Source: Leucoraja ocellata
Taxonomy: Eukaryota
Assembly: GCA_036785375.1 (NCBI GenBank)
Contig: JAWMAR010000652.1
Coordinates: 620,001-684,000 of the forward strand
DNA: 64,000 nt
Direction of reading: 5' to 3'
Position numbers and translations under genes: made by a program. This document shows, piece by piece, positions 39,233 through 52,654 of this stretch. The notes below the pieces were generated by a model. The model was not told the origin of the DNA. It made no database searches and saw only the letters and a list, made by a program, of their open reading frames with translations. Each line of letters begins with the position of its first letter. The first letter of the stretch is position 1.

Positions 39233-40177
39233 TCATTTCATTCATTCCTTTAAAGAATTGAGAGCCATGTTTTTTTTTAAATTTCACACTTATTAAGATA
39301 GATAAATCAATCTCATTTATATATAAGCATGTAAACATCATCATTAACATTTTCTTGGATGACGGCAAAAAAAGAGAAAATAAATCCTCCTAAATTGAAC
39401 AACAGTTAAGTTGTATTTTACCTTAAACATTTTAAAAATATGTGATCATGTAATTTTTTAAAAAATGTGATAACTTCTCGAACAGCGGGTGGGGGGGGGG
39501 GAGGCAAATTCGACCCTCCGAATGGCGCGGAAGTCCCGATGAGGTCGAGATAGGCCGCCTCACCCAGCCCAGGCACCACATTTTGGGGCGACTTCAGCGG
39601 GAAAATTCAAGTGTGCTCTCGTGATTTGGTCCAGATTAATTGAGGTGCCAGATCATCGGTTGCCGGAAAATTGGTGGTGGACTTGTACTTATGTATATTA
39701 TTATCTGATCTGATTAGATAGCATGCAAAACAAAAGCTTTTCACAGTACCTCGATACACGTGACAATAATAAACCTAAACCCAAACCATAATCGTACTAT
39801 TCTCCCAATGACCAGACTTCTCCACGACCATCTGCAAGGGCAGATGATCCGGTGATGGGACAATCAAGAAAGAAGAAGATGCTTGCTTGACCTCCTCCTC
39901 ATTAAAACTACCTGTTGCAGACCATCTTCCCATTACAGAGTTTCTGTGCTAACTTGGTGAAGCAGCAGCACATACATGCTAAACAGTGGAAATTGCAAAC
40001 TGTCAATTGTGCCAAAGAATCCCACTGCCAACAAACCATATATAGTTGTGAATAGTGGTGGACAATTTCACAAATAAGTAGGGAAGTTTTCATGAATATC
40101 TTCATTCAAAATGGCAGAGCCCAACTTGGGTTGGCACGGTGACACAGCTGTAGAGTTGCTGCTTTATAGCGCCAGAC

Positions 40178-41107
40178 ACCTGGAGATTAGTGGGCAAAAT
40201 TAGAGCACATGGTATTGAGGGTAGGATATTGGCATGGATAGAGAATTGGTTGGCAGACAGGAAACAAAGAGTAGGAATAATCGGGTCCCTGTCAGAATGT
40301 ATGGACTTGGTGAATGGAGTGCCGCAAGGCTCAATGCTGGGGTCGCAACTATTTACAATAAATATTAATGATTTAGATGATGGGATTAAAAGTAACACTA
40401 GCAAATTTGCAGATGACACAAAGCTGGGTGGCAGTGTGAACTGCGAAGAGGATGCTAGGAGATTGCAGGGTAACTTGGGACAGGTTGAGTGAGTGGGCAG
40501 ATGCATGGCAGATGCAGTATAATGTAGATAAATGTGAGGTTATCCACTTTGGCGGCAAGAACAAGGAGGCAGATTATTATCTCAATGGTGTCAGATTAGG
40601 AAAAAGGGAAGTGCAACGAGACCTGGATGACTTTGTACACCAGTCACTGAAAGTAAACATGCAGGTACAGCAGGCAGTGAAGAAAGCTAATGGCATGTTG
40701 GCCTTCATAAAGAGAGGATTTGAGTACAGGAGTAAAGAGGTCCTGCAGTTGTTCAGGGACCCGGTGAATCAACATCTAGAATATTGTGTGCAGATTTGGT
40801 CTCCTAATTTGAGAAGGACATCCTTGCTATTGAGGCAGTGCAGCGTAGGGTCACGAGGTTAATCCTCGGGATGGCGGGACTGTCATATGAGGAAAGATTG
40901 GAAAGACTGGGCCTGTATTCACTGGAATTTAGAAGGATGAGAGGAGATCTTATAGAAACATATAACATTATAAAAGGACTGGACAAGCTAGATGCAGGAA
41001 AAATGTTCCCAATGTTGGGGGAGTCCAGAACCAGGGGCCACAGTCTAAGAATAAAGGGGAGGCCATTTAAAACTGAGATGAGGAAAAACTTTTTCACCCA
41101 GAGAGTT
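40178..41107 (+). mobile_element. CR1-class LINE ORF2 3' fragment, frameshifted
   Basis: Three overlapping ORFs containing GVPQGSMLG, KFADDTKLGG, WQMQYNVDKC, LEYCVQIWSP and GLYSLEFRRMRGDLIE. Confidence 0.93.
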
Positions 41108-41255
41108 GGGGACTATGCGTCAGTGGTGCAATATCGCGTTGGGGGGACGGGTTGCATTGGGGGAATGGGTGAGTGGTGGAATATTGAATTGGGGAACGGG
41201 TTGGGGGACCAGGCCTCCTATGTGACAGGGACCCAGCGAGGCCCACTTAGTCTAG
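41108..41255 (+). mobile_element. Helitron-like 3' end abutting a truncated CR1
   Basis: gggacccagcgaggcccacttagtCTAG|t, a decayed version of the 48945-48974 terminus. Confidence 0.55.
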
Positions 41256-41665
41256 TCATTTGTAAAACCGATCCAAGACTACTATCATTTTGGTATTCAT
41301 GATCATGAATGCATTGGAGGGGTTCCAGTGTGTGATAACCTTAACAAGACTTTAGAAAATAAATTACTTCTAAGCACTCAGAAAAATATACAACAGCATT
41401 CTTCCATTCCTATTTAGAATTACACTATTCATACATATACTATACAATTCAACCACAAGTTCTCCATTGACAAAGTCACTTCCGATTCTGCGTGGTTGAG
41501 GTTGATCAAAAACAGAACTAAAACTATGTTCTGTTTGATGAAACAGATGAATGAAAATATTAATAAAACCCAATTAGGCGAGTGATCTTCTAAATTAGAA
41601 TTGGTATTTTACTGATGTTGTAGTTAATCTATTAGGTGGGAATCCAAAGTATTTATTACGCATTA

Positions 41666-41866
<201 letters not shown>

Positions 41867-42369
41867 TTAGTGTAATTTCAAAGGTTTTAAAACCTATAAC
41901 CTCACTTCCACCAAAGGTATCTTTTGAAATTATACTAAAGTAAATATAAATTTGAATAACAAAATATTAATTTAAAATGCATTTTTAGTATGATAATGAC
42001 AACATTGAAGATGAACAATATAATTTAATGATTTTGCACTATAAGTAGAAGAAAACTTGCAACCTAGATGAGTATGGATGAGTTGGGCTGAAGGGCCTGT
42101 TTCTATGCTGCATAGCACTATGACTAAAATAAACCATATTTTCAAATTTGAAATGAAATATGACTGCACCCTTTTCCAGTTAGCTAAGTTATGACATGAT
42201 AAAAAAGTATTAACATAAACCAAATCAGCCATATATTTACTGCATGCATAACAAAGAGATAATTTAATAATCAAGGAGATTCAATTAGGATAACATCCAC
42301 AGAAAATATGTTGGAAAGCAAATCCAAATCCATCAAAAAACAACATTTGGGGATTTTCTCCTATATGTG

Positions 42370-42660
42370 AGCTCCTGCTCACAGCACCAACAATCCTGAC
42401 CTCCAGTGTTGTCTTGTGTGGACAAACACCCTATGACTGTAGGTTTTCTCCAGGAACTCTGGTTTCCTCCCCCATTCCAAAACTGTGTTAATTGGACACT
42501 TTGAATTTCCCCCGAATGCGTAGATAAGTTGGAGAATTGGGATGCAGGTGGAGGTAAGTTAATGAGAACATGTGGAGAGTAAAAGGGGTTAATGTAGGAA
42601 TACTGTAAAAATGGGTTATTGATGGTAGGCATGGACTAAGTGTGCCTGTGCATGCTGTAC
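42370..42660 (+). mobile_element. Degraded V-SINE
   Basis: ctcacagcacca...ggttttctccaggaactctggtttcctccc...gatggtaggcatggact. Confidence 0.65.
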
Positions 42661-44111
42661 CTTCCCATGTTTATATGAATCTAACCTACCCTTCATTGTA
42701 AGCCAAAATAGTAAAATAGCGTAGACAATTTATTCATATAATTTAAAGCAGTTCTTCCCTGAATTTAGTACCAATAAATTGAAGCATGTAAGAGTTTCAA
42801 ATATTTCACTCGACAATGCTAACGTACTATTTTACAGACCTACAGAACGAGCTGCCAGAGGAAGGGTGCAATAGTGATGATTAACAGTATTTAAACGGGT
42901 TCATGAATCAAAAAGGTTTAGTGGGAAAAGGGTTAAACACAGGCAAATTAGACTATTTCATTAAAACTGGTCAGCAGACAAGTTGCGCTGATTTCATGCT
43001 ATTATCACTCTATGACTATTGCTATTTGTACTGACACATAAAGAGAACAGCAAACAACACTTGCTATCTACTGCCATTGATTCTGCTTGCCTCATAGTGG
43101 CAGGTTTGTGTAGCCCTGATGAATCCATGTGATATGGCTAGACATAAATAAGGCTCACAATTATACTTTCAAGGGTAGAAGGCTCACCATGTTGTTCATA
43201 AAACTAAAACAGATGCATCTACAGCTATCTGGAAATGCATTCCCATTTTTGGGGGGGGGGGGGTGGAAGAAAATCACCCCCCCCCCCCCAGCTGTAGTGA
43301 AGAGGCAAAGGAAATGCCATTATTTCTGTTCTTGGAAGAAAGCCTTGGAGAGTTACTTTACAATTAAAGAACAAAAATAAAAAAGTATTAATTGCATAGC
43401 TTTGTAATTAATAGGAACAATTTACCAAGAAAAATTAAGTATAAATTTGTATTCACACATTCATAATTTGAATCATTTTAAACTTCAGGCAATACCAATT
43501 TTAGTTTAGAGAGCATATAGATAGGAGTAGGCTCATAATTACGAACACTTAATTGTAATATTATTATAATGATATAGAATATTACTTAACTATACAAACA
43601 TGATCTAACAGGACAAAAATGCAATGCACCACTTTTGCTTGGGTAGAGGAATGTTATACAATGAACGTTTGTGCTGAATGTGCACATGGGACGCCATTTG
43701 AATTAATCAGGGCAAATATTTATGCCGTGCCTAGCTTTACTTTATGTCCTGTCTCTTTTTATAATTGTTTCAACAGTCATAAAAATAATAAAATTAAAAT
43801 CATACCCCCACAAAAATCACACTGATATAATAAAGAAAAGACTGATACCATAATGAAAACAAATTGTCTATTATGCTTTGCCCAATGACCAATTTCTGAG
43901 GATATATCAATTATGCAACAGGCAATAAGGATAAGTAATATTTGGAAACATAAGGAAAATAGTCGTCAAGGTTGTTTTACTGTCATATGTCCCAGATAGA
44001 ACAATGACATTTTTATTTGCAGCAGCACAACAAAATATGTAAACATAGTACACAGTAAACAATATAATAAACGAGGGAACATAATGTCCAGTGCGTGCGT
44101 GTATATACACA

Positions 44112-44244
44112 NNNNNNNNNNNNNNNNNNNNNNNNNNNNNNNNNNNNNNNNNNNNNNNNNNNNNNNNNNNNNNNNNNNNNNNNNNNNNNNNNNNNNNNNN
44201 NNNNNNNNNNNNNNNNNNNNNNNNNNNNNNNNNNNNNNNNNNNN
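44112..44244. other. Assembly gap (N run)
   Basis: Run of N. Confidence 1.
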
Positions 44245-44335
44245 TTATGCTTCCTGGCATGTAGGGCAGCATCGAAGGTCCTCCACTCCTGTCTGTTCTG
44301 GGCTAGCTTCTGGACACTACCCAAGGTTAGGTCCA
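44245..44335 (-). mobile_element. RTE-class LINE 3' fragment
   Basis: LGSVQKLAQNRQEWRTF..AL is the typical RTE C-terminal A.DR..WR motif. Confidence 0.55.
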
Positions 44336-44504
44336 CATATACATATACACACACACACACACAAGTCAAGTCACATTTATTTATATATCACATTTAAAAA
44401 ACAACTCACGTTGGCCAAAGTGCTTTACATTTGTTATAAGAATATATAATAAAATATATATATATACACACACAAACGTGCACAAAAAACAAAAAAATAC
44501 TTAC

Positions 44505-44530
44505 TTTATGAACTCAAGGATAAACTTTGG
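44505..44530 (-). CDS. DPM1: DPM1 exon 5, 26 nt
   Basis: PKFILEFI(K); tttcag| acceptor and |gtaagt donor; 95-nt upstream intron. Confidence 0.94.
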
Positions 44531-44571
44531 CTGAAATTAAAGATAAAAAGTTTAGTTCGATAAGTACATCA

Positions 44572-44718
<147 letters not shown>

Positions 44719-45143
44719 TCACAGATATTACATTGAGCAAAAATTATTTGTTGACTTTCATTGGCATCTTTATACGTAAAGTACTCAAAATAACAGTTTA
44801 GTGCAAAAACTAGATTTTCAACTAGCTTTACAGGATCGGTCACGAAAACAAAATATATTTTGAAATTTATATTTATGTAATTAGAGAAATGTAAGAGAGC
44901 ATTTTACAATTTAAGAATTTTGTTAGGGAAACATCAAACCAATATTTAGCCAACATTCCTAGGATCATTTTGATGTCAACTCTCAAAATACCTTTGTTCT
45001 CCCATTGAACTGTAGAGCACCACTGTAATCTATAGTTTTTCTTAATATCACTTAATGAAGTCTTTGAAGATGAATCATGCAATAACTAAATGAATGCATA
45101 TTATTAATAAGATGAAGCAATTACTTAATGAGCAAGATAGGTT

Positions 45144-45455
45144 GTTTAGGGATGCAGCATGGAAACAGACCCTTTGGCCCACCTAGTCCTCGCCGACCAT
45201 TGAACATCTGTTCACACCAGATCCATGTTATGCCACTTTCCCATCCATTCCCTACACTCTAGGGACAATTTACTTAGGCCAATTAACCTACAAACCTGCA
45301 CATTTTTGGGATGTGGCAGGAAACCAGAGCATCCAGAGGAAACCCACAAAGTTATAGGAACAACGTGCAAATTCCACACAGACAGCGACCAAGGTCGGGA
45401 TAGAACCCAGGACTCTGTCGCTGTGAGGCAGTAGCTTTATCAACTGTGCCACTGT
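45144..45455 (-). mobile_element. tRNA-derived V-SINE (HE1-like), full length
   Basis: tRNA-like head gtggcacagttg...gggttctatccc, V-domain ctgtgtggaatttgcacg...gggtttcctct, and a CR1-like tail gggccaaagggtctgtttccatgctg. Confidence 0.85.
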
Positions 45456-46398
45456 TGCAATAGTTTGTGTTTTGTCCTCTCGATCAGATTTGGTCTGCTG
45501 AACTGGAAATTCTAATGGAAAAAGCATGTTAAACGGATGATGAATTCTATGCAGCATCTTGATTTCTGTCTTCTAAGCTCATCTTGGTGACATACGTTCA
45601 AATTACTTCTAGCATGATCTTACTGTTGGCAATGCCAGCAATGTTCTTCCCCCTCTATAGACATAACACAATTAATGCTTGGGGTTGCCCAACCCCTAGC
45701 CCAGTTTCACAACCTCAGAAAAGAGCATTGGGCAACATATTTTCAGTGGCAAAAATGTGCAATGATCAGTCAGTTCTGCCCAAGTCCTTGATTCTGCACA
45801 AATAATTTTTCAACAAAAGATTTCTTAAATGGTGTTTGACACTCAATACTGTGTCCCTGTTGTTGATGCATTAGGATGTACTAATGTTCCAGGCTAATAT
45901 ATTCTACACAGTATTAAGGAAAGACAAATGATATAATATATTATTAATTTGGAGAGGTTATGTAGCTATTGAGAATCGCATAAAAACTTACAAGGTGCGA
46001 CTCTGAATAGCTTCACTTTTTATTTGTTCGTGATTATGTTGCTAGGCTACTCCAGAGGACAGTTATGATTCCATGCAAGACTCCAGAAAAAAGATTCACT
46101 TCCAAAAATAATAAATAAAGCATCAGTTCTCCAGATTATTTGTCTCGTCTTTGGACAGGTAGTTCGAAAATCCAAAAGATACACCACACTGCCTGACATG
46201 AAAATAACAAGAGGTTCTGCCTAAACTGATTCAGAGTGCAGACAGATTCAGAGCATTAGAAATGGTCGTGATATTTAGAGTGCCATAATAGTAAACAAAA
46301 AGTTTCATTTTCAATAAATGTTTTCAACACAGATCATTTACAAAACTTAAAACACAAATTGCCACTTAAAATAGCTTGCATGCATTCATAGCTCTTAC

Positions 46399-46432
46399 CT
46401 AATCCCAGCTTCTTTGCTCGTGGTCTGAGTAC
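46399..46432 (-). CDS. DPM1: DPM1 exon 3, 34 nt
   Basis: VLRPRAKKLGL(G); ttcacag| acceptor and |gtaaga donor. Confidence 0.95.
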
Positions 46433-47419
46433 CTGTGAAAACAGTGAACAATAATTTAAGCAACAGCTTCCAAAATTCTAATTGTGAGGCATATTTTACA
46501 GTAGGACAGTTTCTACAGAGCTCATTCTGCTGAAAATACTGGGAAGTTGAAGGCAACTTTGTGCTTTTCCCAAAGATCTTTCATGGCATTACTTTGAATG
46601 TGTCAGTTGTCGCTCAGAGAAAAAGGTGGCATTTTTTGCAATAGAATTCACTGAAAAGATTTAGAAATAAAGTTAGCAATAAGTCAACATTTCAACAGTG
46701 GTCAAATCTTTCCTTTAAGATAGAAAACTAAATGATATCCATACATATCACGTGGATTAATAAATATTCTTACATTATACATCACTGTTCTATGAAATTA
46801 ATCTCCCTGCACACTATAAGAAGGCGCTTCCATGTTCATCTTTTTACTATGTGGTTATCTGTAAAGAGTTCATAACAAATCTTTGGAAAGACAATGTCAG
46901 CTTCCCTTCTTTACCTAATACCTCAGTATTTAGTATTACTACAAAATTTTGTTTCATAAAGTTGAAATACAACTTTAAGTTTCTGATTAAGAAACAGAAC
47001 ATTTACATAATGATGGCATGCAAAGGTCAAAATTGGAAGTGTGAAGTTACCTCAGTGACTTAATGTGTAGGAAAGAACTGCTGATGCTGGTTAAATCGAA
47101 GTTAGGCACAAAATAATGAAAAATAAAAATGCCATTGTGTGTCTATCTCAGTGAAATTATAACAATAAAGAACAATGAGAAAATGTAGGGTTTTGAATAA
47201 AAGGGTGCAAATTTTAACAGTGATGTGTTACTTAGCTGGATGCCAACTAAATAGCACTTGGCATTACTATAGCAAATACAGTAGCTACGAACATAAGCAG
47301 CAGAATTTTGGTTTAGCAAAAGGAGCAAGAGGAAGGTCAGCCAAAAGTTCACTGGAAAAGTCAAGTCCGATGTTAATTAGATTTCAGTAGCAGTTGAGCT
47401 GACACAGAATCAAAAGATG

Positions 47420-47880
47420 TTACAAATGTTGAAATGACGATGACAAAGTTCGTCTTGGAATCCAGCATGACACCAACGTGCAAACTTTCACTTTAGGCAG
47501 GTAGATGGATGGAATCAGTGGAAAAACAATGAGGGTTGTGACGGGTATCAAAGACCTGCACAATGAAAGGTAGAGCCTGAGGGAGTATTGAAGAACAGAG
47601 GGACCTTGGTATATTTGTCCAACGATTCCTGAAGATTTCGGCACATTTACCGGGATACCTACCAGCAATAGCCGGAACATAGAATATAAGAGCAGAGAAG
47701 TTATAATATGTTTATAAAATATTAGTTAGGCCACATCTGGCATTCCGTAAAATGTATTGACTCGTAATACAATAGGAAGGATGTGATTGCACTGGAAAGA
47801 ATGCAAAGGAAATTCACCAGGATGTTGCTTGTGATGAAGCCTTTCAGTTTTGAGGAGAAACAGGATAGGAGGGCAGTATC
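47420..47880 (+). mobile_element. Degraded CR1 LINE fragment
   Basis: gaacagagggaccttgg, cagaatataagagcag and aattcaccaggatgttgc remnants. Confidence 0.6.
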
Positions 47881-48789
47881 TTAGAATAGCTGCCATAAAG
47901 TGAATTCAGACAGGCTGAAAGCATTGGGGAAAGAAACCAGTCAGTACAGAGGCTGAGGAAAGAGAACACTCATAACGTTGGAGGGAGGTTTTAATTATAC
48001 TTCGGTGTAGTACAATAGTAAATTAAACAAGCACCTTTATTGATCAAAAAATGCCCATTCTATTGTGGGGGAGTAAGGGGATTAAATTCAGAAAAGCTGT
48101 TTAATGATAATATGTTACAAGAGATTTATTTTACTTGGACAACTGCAAATATAATTCAAAATATTGAATTGAAGTGCAGACAACAGTGAAAAGTTACATG
48201 TGCTACTCTTATTCATGTATGTTTGTTCAGACACAATTGGATACCAAATTTACTTAAGAGATGTTTAATTTAATTTTTTGGTATTACAGGAATCATTCCA
48301 AAAAGCACGGGTGCATCTCGTTTGTATGTGACTGATTTCAAAGGAGAACATTAATTGGAAGCATGGATTACAGATGGATTTATTCCATGTAGTCCTAATT
48401 CTGTACAGTATTTGGCTCCTTTTTGGCAGTAAAGGCCCTCTTGTTATGTCTTCTTATGAAATCAGTAAACTATTATTAATATTAGTTATGCTGGGGTAAA
48501 AATCAATATCTGATATGAAAATAAAAATGCTTTTTAGTTTTTATCTTTGTGGGAAAGAGAAGATTTAAGAAAATGAATATTGAAAGATCCAATAATTTAA
48601 TTTAAACCAGGAGGTTTCGGTATTACATTCCAATTTCCAAACACACCAATATAAAAAGGATAAAGTAGTGGCAAAGGACATTTCTTCTTCCCAAAATTAG
48701 TCAAAATGACTTTTAAACTGGGGATTGCTTTTCAGAAGTTGTGTACAGTTCTTCAATACAAAATCAGTCATTACTTAGATTATATCATC

Positions 48790-48973
48790 CATCCATACCT
48801 ATATAANNNNNNNNNNNNNNNNNNNNNNNNNNNNNNNNNNNNNNNNNNNNNNNNNNNNNNNNNNNNNNNNNNNNNNNNNNNNNNNNNNNNNNNNNNNNNN
48901 NNNNNNNNNNNNNNNNNNNNNNNNNNNNNNNNNNNNNNNNNNGACGGGACCCAACGGGTCCCACTTGGTCTAG
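48790..48973 (+). mobile_element. Helitron-like element, mostly in an assembly gap
   Basis: 5' tc..cctatataa start before the gap; 3' gggaccc-aac-gggtccc hairpin and CTAG|t at 48970-48974. Confidence 0.6.
48807..48942. other. Assembly gap (N run)
   Basis: Run of N. Confidence 1.
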
Positions 48974-49004
48974 TATCCTTATAACTATAAAACTCTGATC
49001 TTGG

Positions 49005-49041
<37 letters not shown>

Positions 49042-49411
49042 TTTATTTGTTTGTGTGTTGTCACATCTTCTCGAAAAAATGACGCTCTAACGGTGACATT
49101 TTTACATATTGGGGTAGATTTACCCCGTGGAGTCCGAAATTGCCTTACCTGAAAATTATGTCCCTTATTTCTCGTCATTTATGAAAATTTTCACAAATCC
49201 CATAAAACTTAGCAAATAAACCGGTGCTTTCGCTGATGACGTCACAATGTATCTGCCTGCCGTCCGTCGCGCTGCGATTGTCCTGCTCGCGCTGCGAGTG
49301 ATGTCACCCCCCCCACCACCCACCTCTCCCTTCTCCTCCTCCCCCATTTTTGGGGGTTGTCTCTGCCCCCTCTCTCTCTACCCCTACCCCCCTCTGGGAG
49401 TTGGGGGCTAA

Positions 49412-49558
49412 NNNNNNNNNNNNNNNNNNNNNNNNNNNNNNNNNNNNNNNNNNNNNNNNNNNNNNNNNNNNNNNNNNNNNNNNNNNNNNNNNNNNNNNNN
49501 NNNNNNNNNNNNNNNNNNNNNNNNNNNNNNNNNNNNNNNNNNNNNNNNNNNNNNNNNN
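49412..49558. other. Assembly gap (N run)
   Basis: Run of N. Confidence 1.
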
Positions 49559-49944
49559 CGACGTACTACCGGTAACATTTTCACATTTTCCGATAGCGAT
49601 TTACCCCCTGGAGTCCAAAATCGCCATACCTGAAAATTGCCACCTTTATTTCTCGAGTTATTTATGGAAATGTTCACAAATCTGAAATAACGTTAAAAAT
49701 AAACTGGCTCTTTCGTTGATGATGTCACAATGGATCTGCTTTGTGAGGCCTGCACTGTGTTCCACTCTCTGCGAGTGATGTCCCCCCCGTACCCGGAGCC
49801 TGGAGCCAGGAGCCGCCAGCCGGGAGCGAGGGAGTATTGCGTTCGGGAACCAGCCCTCCCCTCTGACGATCCCTCCCACCCCCCGCCGGGCTCTGGATTG
49901 AAGTCGCCGAACTCGCAGCCCTTTGGTTGACGCCCGCCCCGCTC

Positions 49945-50235
49945 CCTTCCTCCTCCCCCCCCCTCCTCCTCTCCCCGTCCTCCTCTCCCCCACCCTCCTC
50001 CTCCTCCCCACCCTTCTCTCCCCCTCCTCTCCTCTCGTCCCCCTCCTCTCCTCTCATCCCCCCTCCTCTTCTCTCGTCCCTCCTCTCCCCTCTTCCCCCA
50101 CTTCTCCTCTCCCCTGCCTCTCTCCTCTCTCCCCCCATCCCCTACCCCTCTTCCCCTATCCCTCCCCCTCTACTCCCCTCCTCTCTCCCCCTCTCTCGTC
50201 CCCCTCTCTCTACCCCCCCCCCCCCACCCCTCCCC
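49945..50235. repeat. Low-complexity C/T-rich tract inside the Helitron-like element
   Basis: Nearly pure (cct/ctc)n sequence. Confidence 0.9.
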
Positions 50236-50659
50236 AATATCGTGTGTGGGGTGGTTAATGTATGTGTGTGTGTGTGGGGGGGGGGGGGGGAGGGGGTGGT
50301 TTGTGGTATATGTGACGCCACAGGCCACCCCCCCACCGCATTGAGGGGATGGGACCCCAACGGGTCCCCCTTGGTCTAGTAAGATTTAAAATGTTCAGAA
50401 GGGATTCAAGTAATGGCAGAAAATATTATTTTTCTACTGTTGAGATGCCAATATACGACAGACCAAGGCTCCACCTGTAAAGCAAACCATCAGAGTCAGG
50501 CTAATTGCTACCAAGGGCTGACAATGGTAGAAGCAGCTTAAGAAATAAAATTAATGTAGCCCTCCCATTAATGTAATAATGGAGGATGTGTGTGTTTTCT
50601 TTACAAAGCAGCTGCCAAAGGTTCACGCAAGCTGAAATCCTGTATTCAAATCACACCAT

Positions 50660-50888
50660 TCAGAGGGTGGTGAATCCGTGGAATTCATTGCCACAGGTGG
50701 CTATGGAGGCCAAGTCATTTGGTATTTTTAAAGCGGAGATTGATAGGTTCTTGATTAGCAAGGGTGTCAAAGGTTACAGGACAAGTTAGGAGAATGGGGT
50801 TATGAGGGAAAAATAAATCTGCCTTGATCGAATGGTGGAGTAGACTCAATGGTCCGAATGACCTAATACTGCTCCTATGTCTTATGGA
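50660..50888 (+). mobile_element. CR1 LINE 3' end
   Basis: QRVVNPWNSLPQ...FKAEIDRFLISKG followed by the gcctaa..ctgctcctatgtcttatgg tail. Confidence 0.85.
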
Positions 50889-51239
50889 CATATGGAAAAG
50901 ACAGTTCCAGATGCAGCTTTCTCCACCTGTTCCAAGTCAAACACTCACACATTCGATTCATCGCAAGTGTTATTTTTAGTCCCCTTCTCCCTTAATCCAT
51001 TGTTTTCTGTTACACTCGGTATGCTATATATGCTATATATATGTATGGTAAAAATGTTTAGTGTGTTTTGGGTGTTCTTTATTATTGTACCGCTGCTGGC
51101 AAATTCATTTCACTTGCACTTTAAATAAAACTGATTGTATTGTATTGATTGTATTATCTGCACCCTCCTTCCACAAGGCCTGCAAATTTTACTTTTCATC
51201 TTCTCAAGTCTTTGTGGGTGAAAGGGTGGAAGAAACAGC

Positions 51240-51490
51240 TTTCACAACTCAGAAAAACTGAGCCAATGTCACAGATGGAAACTTTCAGCAGAAATGGCCA
51301 GTTCTGAATCAGTGAGACAATAACCTGAAGTTGCAGTATTCAATAATGAGTCTGGAAGGCCACATGATGCCCAGATGGAAGGAAGTGCTGCTCCTCAAGC
51401 ATACACTGTTATAGCAGTGCAGGAAGCCATCGGCAGATAAGTCAGTGGAGAATTAAGATGGCAGGCAACTGGAAACACTGAATAACCTCT
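51240..51490 (-). mobile_element. Old Penelope-like fragment
   Basis: Degraded LEEQH...LG...IE GIY-YIG C-terminal coding sequence on the minus strand; boundaries approximate. Confidence 0.5.
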
Positions 51491-52159
51491 GAAAAGTTAG
51501 CTCACTTAACCAAAATGCATGGTCTCCGAGACTTAATAAATTTGAAACAATAAAGCAATGGCCTTCTGATTGTAGTGATATAAAATAAGAAAAGGTCACC
51601 TTCAAGAGCACTTTTACATTAGTGTTCCATCAGCACAATAAAGAAAAACTGATTATTTAAGGTAATTCCGGATTGTATAAGAGAATGTAAGAAATTATTT
51701 AAGAACACACCAATTAAATTAACAAAAGGAAGAGGCTATGATTTTGTCCAGTGAATAATGAAACAGAAAATAATTTTAAAAGAGTATTTTTCATATTTTG
51801 GTTGTAAAATTATTGCCCAAATCCAGAGCAGACTTGTGAAGAGAGCTGTGCTTTGGGTTTGAATCAGATACAATTGCAGAGAGGGACGAACTGCAGCACC
51901 ATAAAAACACCAGATGTAACTACAGTGGATTGATGACCTCGAGTGGCTAAGTGGCCTTGTTGCATTCCTTAGATTCTTCTGGCATTACGGTCACAATATA
52001 ACATTTCTATTTCCGAAAAGGGATATCCTTATCATCCATCTATGTGGTGCAGCCTGTCAATGCCAACTCATAGGGTGTTCTGTTCTTGCGACTTTGGTCA
52101 CAGTTTCTTACAAACTTTAGTGAACCGTCAGATCCCAGTTTAAATTTACCTTGCATTCA

Positions 52160-52375
<216 letters not shown>

Positions 52376-52654
52376 CTACCATCCAGCCAGGGAAAGAAAA
52401 TCTTTTCAATCAGTGCTTATCAAGTTACAATTCGCATTTTAAAAACATTATGAATAGGGAAACCATTGCAACCTTTTCAGCCAGACTGCAACAACTGCAG
52501 CAGAAAATCCCAATAAGTCACTTTTATAAAGATGTAAATAAAATGTAACTGGGCCAAGTAAAGCAGAAGTATTGTACCAAAGAAGACACAAGCAACCGCA
52601 TTGCAGATGCTGGAATCTTGCTTTTCGGGTCGGGATGCTTCTTCAGACTGCTAC

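Larger units (their letters stand above)
48976..50379 (+). mobile_element. Non-autonomous Helitron-like element(s), probably two tandem units
   Basis: 5' a|TCcttataactataaaa followed by (GT)n; 3' hairpin gggaccc-caac-gggtccc about 7 nt before CTAG|t; internal about 160-bp duplication (about 49090-49250 versus 49570-49732). Confidence 0.7.

Noticed and set aside
44505-44530. DPM1 PKFILEF versus human PKFIPEF
   Set aside because: Single substitution away from the catalytic motifs; frame and DXD are intact, so there is no sign of pseudogenisation.
45390-45455. tRNA-like A/B boxes
   Set aside because: Head of a V-SINE; does not form a complete tRNA gene.
49658-50379. Pro-rich and Gly/Arg/Glu-rich ORFs
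   Set aside because: Translations of a C/T low-complexity tract within a Helitron-like repeat.
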